A DNA stretch of 64,000 nucleotides from Halarcobacter sp. GTDB lineage: Bacteria; Campylobacterota; Campylobacteria; Campylobacterales; Arcobacteraceae. The DNA is taken from positions 2,624,001-2,688,000 of the forward strand of contig CP182352.1 in NCBI GenBank assembly GCA_048571215.1, written 5' to 3'. The notes beneath the pieces were generated by a model. It was not told where the DNA came from and ran no database searches. It worked only from the letters and a program-made list of their open reading frames with translations. Of this stretch, positions 20,976 through 30,414 are shown piece after piece; position 1 is the stretch's first letter, and every line of letters starts with the position of its first letter. Position numbers and translations under genes: made by a program.

Positions 20976-23324
20976 TTATCTATTACAAATGGTTTTGTAG
21001 TTGCAATATTGGCAAGTTTGGAGCTTATCGCATTTATTGAAATTGACTTTTTGTGTATGTAGTTGTTTAAATATATCTTTTAATATGAGTAATTTTTCAT
21101 CTAAAAGTGACTCTTTTATTAATTTCATATTGTATAAATCATAATAATATGCTTCAATATTTGTAGTTGAATATAAGTTTTCTAATGCAATATAATAAAA
21201 CTCCAATTGAAAATCTACAGATTTTTCATATGTTCTCTTTGTACTTATAGTTAAGTTTTTTGATGTTTTATAATCTACTACCACATAAGTATTATCTAAC
21301 TTATCTATCCTATCAATTGTACCTTTTATTTTTATACCCTCAAACTTAGTTAGAAAATTCTTTTCCAAGTCTAATACACTTAGTTTTTCTTTAAATCTTT
21401 CTTTTTCTAATTCAAAAAAACTCTTTAATCTTTTTTTCCAAATTTCTAATTCAAAATTAAGAAAACTGCAATCTACTCTATTTTCATTAAATATTTCTAC
21501 TATTTTTTCATAAGTTCTATTATCTTGTTTATAATAATTTTCAAGAGTCTTGTGAACTATATTACCCAATTCATAAGCTTTTGGCATTATTGAGATATCA
21601 TGCTCTTTTATTTTTAATATATGGTTTAAATAGTATTTTCTTTTGCACTCTAAAAACTCTTTTAAAGCACTTGCACTCCATGTAATAGTTGAAAGGTCTA
21701 TATCAAGCTCTATTTCCTTGTCGAAGTGTTTTAAGCTCTTATTGGTGTATAATATCTCTTTATATTCATTGTCATAAACTTTTTCTTCAATATTAGTTCT
21801 AAGAAGTTTAGTTGCAAATCTTGATATTTGTTCTGTTTCATTTTTTACATATGAGATATATACATAATTTGAGTTTGATATTAGTCTATCATAATAATAT
21901 TTTTGTAGGTTCTCCCTATCAAGCAATGTTGGTAGATTTACTTTTTCTTTAATTTTCGTTGAAAGAAACTTATCTTTTACACTACGCTTTGGAATTAAAC
22001 TCTCATTAAAGTCACATATGATTACTGCTTGAAAGTTTAACATACGACTTTCTAATAAACCCATAACTGTAATTTTTCCTGAATTTACATCATCAAAACT
22101 AAGTTGTGAAATCTTTTGCAATAATATTCTAAAAAAATCTTTTATATAAACTCTTTCTTGGGTATAAAAAAATATCTTTTCTAACTTATATATTGTCTCA
22201 TCAAACTTTTCTAATAACTCTTTATTTCTTTCCAAGTTTCTTAAAAAAGTTACAACTTTACTAAATAGATCTTTTGTTAGTGTACTTTTCCAATTTTTTT
22301 TAAATAATTCATCAATAGCTTTTTTATCACATTCTAAAAATACTAAGTTTTGCTTATTTTTTATCTCATCATCACTAATATATTCATATATAGCTTGGGA
22401 TATTTTAAACAAATTACTATTATAAATATCCTTACCCATTGCAAAGTTAAAATACTTTTTATCATCAAATAAAGCTAAGACCTTAGCAAAATTTTCATCA
22501 GGTAATACGACAACTATATTTGAAGGGTCAATTCCATCATTTACCAAAACTTCAATTGATTTTTTAATATAGGCTATTTGATTTATTCTTGAGGAAAAAG
22601 CTTTTAGCTCAATATGATTGTTTGAGATTAATGGTTCTTTATTTAATATATTTTTATTATTTAAATCAATAAGATATCTATGGTCTAACTCTAAGTCAAA
22701 GCCTTCATTTATAAATTTTTCAATTGATTTGGTATTATATTTATTGTATATAAACTCTATTTCTATAGGTATTACTTTAGAAATCTTTTTTATAATTTCA
22801 AACTCAATAGTTGTAAAATAGCCTTCGAAATGTAGTTTTATAGAAGAGAATTGTTTTATATATTCATTATTTAGTAGATAAAACTTTGGCATGTTTATTC
22901 TATCTACTGCACTATTTTTTTCTAATATATCTAGATAGTTATATTTTATTTGTTTTAATAAGTCTAAATGTTCTGTATAAAATTCGTAGGTATCTTTACT
23001 TTGAATAGTTTCAACATCAATATTTTCACTAGATAGTTCTAAAAAAAATCTATATATATATTCACTTTGTTTTAAAAATTGTGTAAAACTCTTTGAGATT
23101 CCAAGTATATTTAAATCTATACTTTTTGTTGCTTCATTTAGATATAAAAATCTTTCATCTTCATCTATATATTTTTTATTTTCAAAATAGATTGATTTTT
23201 TAAAAAACTCATCAATTGTTATTATAGTTGGTAGTAGAGTATTTAACTCTTTTTTTGAGTTAATATACTCTCTAACTTTTCTAGAAGTAGGAAATACTAA
23301 AAGTTGGTTCTGCTTATATTGCAT
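20976..23324 (-). CDS. addB: AddB-like PD-(D/E)XK nuclease subunit
   Basis: VMGLLESR; C-terminal GTIDRID..VVDYKT nuclease motif; Fe-S staple cysteines (ECKRK ... CQYCNYKTIC); follows the cco cluster. Confidence 0.85.
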   Translation of the reverse strand: MQYKQNQLLVFPTSRKVREYINSKKELNTLLPTIITIDEFFKKSIYFENKKYIDEDERFLYLNEATKSIDLNILGISKSFTQFLKQSEYIYRFFLELSSENIDVETIQSKDTYEFYTEHLDLLKQIKYNYLDILEKNSAVDRINMPKFYLLNNEYIKQFSSIKLHFEGYFTTIEFEIIKKISKVIPIEIEFIYNKYNTKSIEKFINEGFDLELDHRYLIDLNNKNILNKEPLISNNHIELKAFSSRINQIAYIKKSIEVLVNDGIDPSNIVVVLPDENFAKVLALFDDKKYFNFAMGKDIYNSNLFKISQAIYEYISDDEIKNKQNLVFLECDKKAIDELFKKNWKSTLTKDLFSKVVTFLRNLERNKELLEKFDETIYKLEKIFFYTQERVYIKDFFRILLQKISQLSFDDVNSGKITVMGLLESRMLNFQAVIICDFNESLIPKRSVKDKFLSTKIKEKVNLPTLLDRENLQKYYYDRLISNSNYVYISYVKNETEQISRFATKLLRTNIEEKVYDNEYKEILYTNKSLKHFDKEIELDIDLSTITWSASALKEFLECKRKYYLNHILKIKEHDISIMPKAYELGNIVHKTLENYYKQDNRTYEKIVEIFNENRVDCSFLNFELEIWKKRLKSFFELEKERFKEKLSVLDLEKNFLTKFEGIKIKGTIDRIDKLDNTYVVVDYKTSKNLTISTKRTYEKSVDFQLEFYYIALENLYSTTNIEAYYYDLYNMKLIKESLLDEKLLILKDIFKQLHTQKVNFNKCDKLQTCQYCNYKTICNR

Positions 23325-23874
23325 TTGATTTTATATAAAAATAACCTGTATCATCATCTATTTTAAAAGTCCCTGTGATATTCCAGTTTCCTTTAAATGG
23401 TAAATTAAATTCTAATATATATTTTCCATCTTTATAAATAAAATCTTTTTTAGTATATTCTAGCTCATCTTTATCGCTTGTAGGTCTAGATATATTTAAT
23501 TCTATATTTGCATTTTTTATATTTTCATTATTTATTTTATCTTTAATTTCTATAAATACTCTATTTTTACCATGTAAAAAAGTATTTTTATGTATAGATT
23601 TCTCTTCAATAGCCCTTTGAGCTAAAAACATATCACTAAATGTTAAATCAAAACTTTTTTTATTAATATATATTTTAAAATCATATTTTGATAAAAATTG
23701 TTGATTTGATTTTACAATGTCATTAAAATCTTTATCCAATTCATGATATGACTTTAAAAAAGTTTTATCTTCATGTACAGGGGTATTAACAGCAGAATAA
23801 ATTGTCCATACAATCATTCCGAAGGTAAATGAAAATATACCTATAAAAAAAAGTGGCCAGTAGTTTCTTTTCAT
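23314..23874 (-). CDS. FixH/CcoH family cbb3 oxidase assembly protein
   Basis: YWP + TM, ISRPT, LPFKGNWNI; in the cco operon. Confidence 0.8.
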   Translation of the reverse strand: MKRNYWPLFFIGIFSFTFGMIVWTIYSAVNTPVHEDKTFLKSYHELDKDFNDIVKSNQQFLSKYDFKIYINKKSFDLTFSDMFLAQRAIEEKSIHKNTFLHGKNRVFIEIKDKINNENIKNANIELNISRPTSDKDELEYTKKDFIYKDGKYILEFNLPFKGNWNITGTFKIDDDTGYFYIKSNAI

Positions 23875-23884
23875 CAAATTATTC

Positions 23885-24511
23885 CTATTTTTTTCTTCTT
23901 AAAACTGCAAAAGTATATAATAATAATCCAACAAAAATCATTGAGTACATTAGAACTTTCCATATTGTTCCAGCAACTTTTCCTGAGCTTCCTATACTAC
24001 TTTTTAGTTCAACACCTTTAGAATCAGCGATATCATCTGCAATTGCAGCATAACCATTAAGTAAAGCAGCACTAATTTTTGCATAGGTACTATTTTTATC
24101 TTTTGAAGCTAATAAGGGTACTACATAACCGTTTAAAATATCATTTTTATCTACAACTTCTTTTAATCTTGAAGATACAATTAAATTTACATGAGTATCA
24201 TCTACAGCTAGTGTTAATAACACATAGGGTTTAGTTAATGTATTAACAATTTCAGATTCGTAATTTTTAATATATTTAATTTTATCTTGTGTAGTTATGT
24301 CTGATTTTAAACCTAAAGATTCTTTTGCATAAACATAGATATTTACACCCAATTTACTTTTAACTTCGCTACCAATTTCATCTATTTTTGAAATAGTTCT
24401 TGGATCAATTAATCCATCATCACTAAGTACAAAACTGCTTGCATTTAAATTTGTAAGTAAAAAAAGTAGCAGTAAATATACTGCTACTTTAAAATTATTT
24501 AACGTAACCAT
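23885..24511 (-). CDS. Conserved membrane-anchored protein (TPM-domain-like) of the cco cluster
   Basis: Signal peptide, LNGYAAIADDIA motif, C-terminal TM. Confidence 0.75.
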   Translation of the reverse strand: MVTLNNFKVAVYLLLLFLLTNLNASSFVLSDDGLIDPRTISKIDEIGSEVKSKLGVNIYVYAKESLGLKSDITTQDKIKYIKNYESEIVNTLTKPYVLLTLAVDDTHVNLIVSSRLKEVVDKNDILNGYVVPLLASKDKNSTYAKISAALLNGYAAIADDIADSKGVELKSSIGSSGKVAGTIWKVLMYSMIFVGLLLYTFAVLRRKK

Positions 24512-24603
24512 TAACCTACGAAAACTCTAGATGAATCAAAAAAGGCTAAATATGCAGAAAGTGCTGCAGAAACCAATAATAAAAGTCCTATAATCTTATC
24601 CAT
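24511..24603 (-). CDS. 30-aa single-TM small protein, absent from the ORF track
   Basis: MDKIIGLLLLVSAALSAYLAFFDSSRVFVG*; GGAGAG SD; TAATG stop/start overlap with the next gene. Confidence 0.8.
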   Translation of the reverse strand: MDKIIGLLLLVSAALSAYLAFFDSSRVFVG

Positions 24604-24616
24604 TTTACTCTCTCCC

Positions 24617-24859
24617 TTATTTACCTGAACCAACTAGAATATACTGTTTATGGTTATCAGCACTGTTTGCTTTTAAACCATCTAGATCTTGGTTGATTTT
24701 ATAGTAGTTTTGTGCTTCATTTTGTTGAACAAGCACAGAATTAAATACCAATACTGCTAGAATAGTTAGAAGTAAAACAGTAGCTATCAACATTCCTGTG
24801 ATACCACTAAGAGAGAATAAACCTCTCTCGTTGTCGTTCATTTGTGAATTTAAAGCCAT
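24617..24859 (-). CDS. DUF4006 family protein
   Basis: FSLSGITGMLIATVLLL.IL motif; directly after ccoP. Confidence 0.85.
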   Translation of the reverse strand: MALNSQMNDNERGLFSLSGITGMLIATVLLLTILAVLVFNSVLVQQNEAQNYYKINQDLDGLKANSADNHKQYILVGSGK

Positions 24860-24860
24860 T

Positions 24861-25751
24861 TTACTCTCCTAAACTTTGAATATAAGCAGCTACTGCTTTT
24901 TCTTGTGTTGGATTTAGTCTACCTTTGAAACTTGGCATTGTACCAATGCTACCTTGTTTACCATTCTCTAATACAGCAGCAACTAAAGCATCATCATAAT
25001 TTTTAATGTTTGGCCCAACATATGCAATACCTGCACCATCAGTACCATGACATCCTGCACAAACACCAAATGCTGCAGGTTGTTCACCTTTAAATCCACC
25101 TGCAACATAAGTTGCAACTGCATCTATATCAGCTTGTTCAGTTAACATCATAGGAGGCATTCCACCTGGATATACTGTTTTTAAGTTGTTTGAACCATTT
25201 TTAATCACGTATTCAACTTGATCTTTAGCCATTCTAGCTGTTAAGTTTTGAGCCTTACCATTGATACCTTCAGCATCAACACCATGACAAGGTGCACATT
25301 GAACTAAAAATACTGACTGACCCATTGAAACTAATGTATCTTTTGAAGGGTTTTCCCATTTTGAAGCAAATTTTGCATTATACTCATTTACTTCTTCATT
25401 ATATTGTCCAATTTGTGAGAAACCATTTGTTGGATAACCAATAGTCCAGTACCAAAATAACCAGATAATAGTACCAATAAATGCTAATCCCCAACCTGAT
25501 GGAATTGGATTTTTATACTCACCAATACCATCCCATTTTTCATCTGCTAAATCACCACTAGCAGTATCATTCTTAATTTGATTTATATACTTAAGTGCAA
25601 CAAATACTGTTATAGTAATAATTGCTACAGCTCCAAGCATTGTTAAGCTATTAATATAATCATCACTGTTAAATGCATCACCTGCAACGATGTAAGTTCC
25701 TGCAATTAAAGCGATGATAAGAATAATTCCACCTATAATCATAGACTTCAT
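24861..25751 (-). CDS. ccoP: cbb3-type cytochrome c oxidase subunit III
   Basis: WDGIGEYKNPIP; two CxxCH motifs (CAPCH, CAGCH). Confidence 0.95.
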   Translation of the reverse strand: MKSMIIGGIILIIALIAGTYIVAGDAFNSDDYINSLTMLGAVAIITITVFVALKYINQIKNDTASGDLADEKWDGIGEYKNPIPSGWGLAFIGTIIWLFWYWTIGYPTNGFSQIGQYNEEVNEYNAKFASKWENPSKDTLVSMGQSVFLVQCAPCHGVDAEGINGKAQNLTARMAKDQVEYVIKNGSNNLKTVYPGGMPPMMLTEQADIDAVATYVAGGFKGEQPAAFGVCAGCHGTDGAGIAYVGPNIKNYDDALVAAVLENGKQGSIGTMPSFKGRLNPTQEKAVAAYIQSLGE

Positions 25752-25752
25752 A

Positions 25753-25977
25753 TTATATCTCCTTCTCTTTTTTGTCGTTTTCTTCTTTTCTTTTTTCGAG
25801 AGGATCAGCTTCTATTGAATCATCATGCACAAGATTAGAATACTTTTCAAAATCTCTTTCACCCTTTTTATCCCTTTTATATATAGAATAAGCATAAGAA
25901 TAAAAAAGTATAAATACTATCAAGATTAAGAAAAATTTAGCATAACCTTGTATTGTCAATAGAGTTTCTTGATCCAT
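25753..25977 (-). CDS. ccoQ: cbb3-type cytochrome c oxidase subunit CcoQ
   Basis: Single TM; between ccoO and ccoP. Confidence 0.9.
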   Translation of the reverse strand: MDQETLLTIQGYAKFFLILIVFILFYSYAYSIYKRDKKGERDFEKYSNLVHDDSIEADPLEKRKEENDKKEKEI

Positions 25978-25986
25978 TTTAACCTC

Positions 25987-26670
25987 TTATTTTAAAGAAT
26001 TTAAATATGCAATTAATGCAACTATTTCAGGAACTTGACCGTTTGCAACGGCATCTTTTACAGCTTGGTTCTTCATATTAGCTGCAATTGCTTTAGCATC
26101 TTCTTTAGCTTTTGCAATAGCAGTTTCATGATCACCTAGCTCAACGTCAATTTTTCCATCACCATTAATATCCACATCATATGGAGTATTGAATACTGTT
26201 TTTACTGTATATGCTTCTGCATATGCCGTATCTAAATCAGCAATATTACTGAAATGATGAGGATATGCTGGCATAATTGAACCTGGAACAACTGATGATG
26301 GGTTCATCATATGATTTTCATGCCAATCTGTTGTTCTATAGTTTCCAACTCTTAATAAATCTGGACCAGTTCTTTTTGAACCCCATAAGAAAGGTCTATC
26401 ATAAGCATACTCACCAGATAATGAGTACATACCATATCTATCAGTCTCTGATTTAAATGGTCTAACTAATTGTGAATGACAAGCATTACATGAATCTTTA
26501 ATATAAACTTGTCTACCTGCTAACTCTAATACACTGTAAGGTTTTGTACCTACAGTAGGTCTTGCTTGTTTTGCAAAATCAGGAATTGCTTCAATAATAC
26601 CTGCAAAAGCAACAAATACGAATACTAATACCGCAAAGAAAAACGGTCTTTGTTCAAACCAATGAAACAT
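25987..26670 (-). CDS. ccoO: cbb3-type cytochrome c oxidase subunit II
   Basis: CNACHSQ, WGSKRTGPDL, SIMPAY, ALIAYL. Confidence 0.97.
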   Translation of the reverse strand: MFHWFEQRPFFFAVLVFVFVAFAGIIEAIPDFAKQARPTVGTKPYSVLELAGRQVYIKDSCNACHSQLVRPFKSETDRYGMYSLSGEYAYDRPFLWGSKRTGPDLLRVGNYRTTDWHENHMMNPSSVVPGSIMPAYPHHFSNIADLDTAYAEAYTVKTVFNTPYDVDINGDGKIDVELGDHETAIAKAKEDAKAIAANMKNQAVKDAVANGQVPEIVALIAYLNSLK

Positions 26671-26684
26671 AACTACCCTCCTTC

Positions 26685-28151
26685 TTACGCAGCTACTGGT
26701 GTAGCATTTATAGGTTCTTTATCAAGTACTCTACCTGCTGTTGCAGTTTTGTACATGTTGTATGCAAACATAAAGAATCCAACTAGGTATAATAACCCAC
26801 CAACAGCTCTAATTGTATAATATGGATGTAATACTGTTACTGTATCAATGAAAGAGTAAACTAATGAACCATATTCATCATAAGCTCTCCACATCATACC
26901 TTGAGTAATACCTGCAATCCACATAGATGTAAAATATAAAACAATTGCAGTTGTTTGTAACCAGAATTGTGTATCCATTAATGATTTAGAATAAATCTCT
27001 CTACCATACATTCTTGGTGCCATATGGAATAATGCTGCCATTACCATAAATACAACCCATCCTAGTACACCATCATGTACGTGACCTGGAATCCAGTCTG
27101 TAAAGTGCGCAATTGCATTTACTGATTTAATAGATTGAATTGGTCCTTCGATTGTAGATAACATATAGAATGTTGAAGCTAAAATCATGAACTTGATTAA
27201 TGTATTTGTTTGTAGTTGTTGCCACTCACCCTTCATAGTTAAAAGCATATTAATAGCAGATCCCCATGATGGTAAAATTAACACAATAGACATAACAGAA
27301 CCCATAGTTTGCATCCAGTCAGGAACTGTAGAGTAAACTAAGTGGTGTCCACCAGCCCAAAGGTAAACAAATAATAATCCCCAGAAAGCTAAAATAGATA
27401 ACTTATATGAGTAAACATTTTGACCTGATTCTTTTGGTAAGAAATAATAGATCATTGCAATAATCGGCACAGTAAATACGAAACCAACTGCATTATGTCC
27501 ATACCACCATTGTACTAAAGCATCATTTGATCCAGAATACATAGAAACAGAGTGAATCCATGAACCATAACCAGATACTAAAGCTGTAGGTACTTCCATA
27601 TTATTAAATAAGTATAACATTGCAACAGCTAAGAAACCAGCAATAAAATACCAAATTGAGATATATAAAGTTCTCTCTCTTCTAATCCCAATAAGACCGA
27701 AAATAGAAACACCATATAATACCCACCATACAACAACCAAAAGGTCTAAAGGCCACTCTAACTCTGCATATTCTTTAGAAGTAGTAATACCCATAAATAG
27801 TGTAACTACCGCTAATAATATCGTAATAAAATATATTGCAAAATGTAATTTTGCAACACCCATTAAAAATGGAGACTCTTTTAAAGAAACCTTTAAAACT
27901 CTTTGCCCAATGTAATACCATGTAGCAAAAATACCACTAAGAGTAAAACCAAAAGCCACACCATTTGTGTGTAAAGGTCTTAATCTACTGAAAGTACCAT
28001 ATTCCCCAGCTAAATTATTTAACTCAGGATATGCCAGTTGGAATGCTAAGACAACACCAACAGTCATACCAATGATACCAAACAGAATTGTTGCAAATGT
28101 AAACGCTTTTGCAATTGAGTAATCATACTCGATTTGTGCACCGTTTTGCAT
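26685..28151 (-). CDS. ccoN: cbb3-type cytochrome c oxidase subunit I
   Basis: RLRPLHTN, WWYGHNAV, GGHHL, GHVH; AGGAGG SD. Confidence 0.98.
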   Translation of the reverse strand: MQNGAQIEYDYSIAKAFTFATILFGIIGMTVGVVLAFQLAYPELNNLAGEYGTFSRLRPLHTNGVAFGFTLSGIFATWYYIGQRVLKVSLKESPFLMGVAKLHFAIYFITILLAVVTLFMGITTSKEYAELEWPLDLLVVVWWVLYGVSIFGLIGIRRERTLYISIWYFIAGFLAVAMLYLFNNMEVPTALVSGYGSWIHSVSMYSGSNDALVQWWYGHNAVGFVFTVPIIAMIYYFLPKESGQNVYSYKLSILAFWGLLFVYLWAGGHHLVYSTVPDWMQTMGSVMSIVLILPSWGSAINMLLTMKGEWQQLQTNTLIKFMILASTFYMLSTIEGPIQSIKSVNAIAHFTDWIPGHVHDGVLGWVVFMVMAALFHMAPRMYGREIYSKSLMDTQFWLQTTAIVLYFTSMWIAGITQGMMWRAYDEYGSLVYSFIDTVTVLHPYYTIRAVGGLLYLVGFFMFAYNMYKTATAGRVLDKEPINATPVAA

Positions 28152-28320
28152 CAATCTCCTCCTACTAAATTTTTTTACAAGTCACTTTTTCATGTCACTT
28201 ATCAACAAAATATTAGCTAATATGGTATAAATTTAAGCTTAATATCTTAATTTTTTTTTTAAGTTTAGTTTAATTTTGTAACTTATTTGTAATTAACTTT
28301 TTATAGAGTATTTATAAGAA

Positions 28321-28794
28321 CTACTTATAGTTTTTTAAAGCTTGCTCACTCTCCCTTTTTAAGGTCTTTTGCTTTAAATCTTCCCTTTTATCGTGTAACT
28401 TCTTACCTCTTGCTGTTGCTATTTTTAATTTCAACATATTCTTAGAATTAAAATATAATTTAAGTGGTACAATTGTTATTCCATCTTTTGTAACTTTTAA
28501 AAATAATTTATCAATCTCTTTTCTATTTAATAAAAGTTTTCTATCTCTTCTTTCATTTGGTCTAAATGTCGAATGTGCAGTACTTAAATGTGTTATATGC
28601 ATATTAAGTACAAAAATCTCATTTTTGATTATTCTAACAAAGGAATCTTTTAAATTTACTCTACCATCTCGTGCTGCTTTTACTTCACTACCTTCTAGTA
28701 CAATTCCAGCATCAAATGTTTCTAATATCTCATAATCGTGGAACGCTTTTTTGTTCTTAAACTCTAAATTTTTTTTAATCTCTTTTTTAGCCAT
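28321..28794 (-). CDS. smpB: SsrA-binding protein
   Basis: [37 protein letters not shown] before ATG 28794. Confidence 0.97.
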   Translation of the reverse strand: MAKKEIKKNLEFKNKKAFHDYEILETFDAGIVLEGSEVKAARDGRVNLKDSFVRIIKNEIFVLNMHITHLSTAHSTFRPNERRDRKLLLNRKEIDKLFLKVTKDGITIVPLKLYFNSKNMLKLKIATARGKKLHDKREDLKQKTLKRESEQALKNYK

Positions 28795-29560
28795 TAACTT
28801 CTCCATTTAGTCTAAAAAATGAACTACCACTTCCACTAAAATACCAGTCTTGTTTATTATATATATTTAACTGTTCATAGTTGTAAAGTGCAGGTTCATA
28901 TAAATCATTTGCCTCATTTATGCTGAGTTTTCTTAAAATAACTTTAGAATCCAAATTTAATAATTCCTCTTTTTGTTTATAATCAATTTCTTTATAAAAA
29001 AAATTTCTAAAAGTTGAAAATATTTTTCCTGTATCACACTTAATTGGGGGTGTAATAACCTCAATATTCAAAATAGGTTCATCAAATTTTTCAACAATTT
29101 CACCAATACCTGTAACATTTGCACTATCATATTCATATATAAAAAATGGTACATCAGCACCTATGGTTGAGCCAATTGTTGCTAATTGATCTTTTGATAA
29201 ATTAAGATTACAAACTATATTTACCATATTCATAAAAGTTGCACAATTTGAGCTACCACCCCCAAGTCCTGCAAACTCCGGGATATTTTTTTCAACTTTA
29301 ACAAGATGTTCTTTAAAAAACTCTTCTACCTTAGGTGATAATACTTTTAACTTTTCATAAGCTTTATATATTGTGTTCTTTTTTAGTTCACAGCCAAATT
29401 CACCCTCTAAACTAAAATCTTTACACTCTTTATTTTCAAAAGATATTAAATCATATAAAGAATGAACTCTCACAAACCTAGATACCAATTCGTGGTAATT
29501 ACCTCTTATTCCAGCAATTTTTAAAAATATATTTACTTTTGCATAAGATTTTTTTTTCAA
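28787..29560 (-). CDS. ispE: 4-diphosphocytidyl-2C-methyl-D-erythritol kinase
   Basis: [32 protein letters not shown]. Confidence 0.95.
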   Translation of the reverse strand: MKKKSYAKVNIFLKIAGIRGNYHELVSRFVRVHSLYDLISFENKECKDFSLEGEFGCELKKNTIYKAYEKLKVLSPKVEEFFKEHLVKVEKNIPEFAGLGGGSSNCATFMNMVNIVCNLNLSKDQLATIGSTIGADVPFFIYEYDSANVTGIGEIVEKFDEPILNIEVITPPIKCDTGKIFSTFRNFFYKEIDYKQKEELLNLDSKVILRKLSINEANDLYEPALYNYEQLNIYNKQDWYFSGSGSSFFRLNGEVNG

Positions 29561-30408
29561 TTTAATGCAACCTTATTTAACAAATATTTTATTTCACCAT
29601 TTTCAATTTGAATTATACTAAAGAAATCATCAAACTTTATTAGATATTTTCCCTCATCTTTATATTTAAAATAATCAATTGATAATTTTTTACCATCTTC
29701 AAAATATTTTTTTTCACCTAAATAAATATTTTGCTTTAAATCTAAATACTCTAAGGGGTTTAAATCTCTTTCATTTTCAAAAGTGAATTTTCCTTCATTT
29801 AATCTATTTAAATAAGAAAGTGTTCCTTTTTTATCTAATCTTTTTAATAAAATCTGTGTCAAACTTCTTATATAAGACCCCTCACTTACACTTGCTTCAA
29901 AGGTAATAAAAGGATGTTTATATGAGATAAATTTACTCTTAAAAACTTTCATTGTTGATTTTTTCATCTCAACATCTTTTCCTTGTCTTGCTAAATCATA
30001 AGCTCTTTTACCATCTATTTTTTTTGCTGAATATTTTGGAGGATAGTAATCATGACTTCCAACAAGACTTTCTATTTGCTGTTTTAAAATATCTTCATCA
30101 ACACAAGTCTCTTCTTCTATATCAATAATATTTTCAATATCTAAAGAATTTGATGTAACTCCCAGCCAAATAACAGCTCTATAAGTTTTTGGTGTTTTTT
30201 CTAAATAATTAAAAAGTTTTGAGTATTGTCCAAATGCAACTATTAAACAACCGCAAGCAAAAGGGTCAAGAGTACCTGAAAAACCAGCTTTTTTATTTTT
30301 GTATTTTCTTTTTATCTCATTTAAATATGAATTAGAAGACCTAAAGATTGGTTTGTTTACTACAATTAGTTTATTTAAGGGTTTTTTATTATAAAGTTTT
30401 TTTTGCAT
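29557..30408 (-). CDS. truB: tRNA pseudouridine(55) synthase
   Basis: AGFSGTLDPFA.G, PPKYSAKKIDGKRAY, GSYIRSL. Confidence 0.96.
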   Translation of the reverse strand: MQKKLYNKKPLNKLIVVNKPIFRSSNSYLNEIKRKYKNKKAGFSGTLDPFACGCLIVAFGQYSKLFNYLEKTPKTYRAVIWLGVTSNSLDIENIIDIEEETCVDEDILKQQIESLVGSHDYYPPKYSAKKIDGKRAYDLARQGKDVEMKKSTMKVFKSKFISYKHPFITFEASVSEGSYIRSLTQILLKRLDKKGTLSYLNRLNEGKFTFENERDLNPLEYLDLKQNIYLGEKKYFEDGKKLSIDYFKYKDEGKYLIKFDDFFSIIQIENGEIKYLLNKVALN

Positions 30409-30414
30409 TAAAAA

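Noticed and set aside
28250..28260. Poly-T tract upstream of ccoN as a phase-variable promoter element
   Set aside because: A/T runs are common in this AT-rich sequence, and there is no further support
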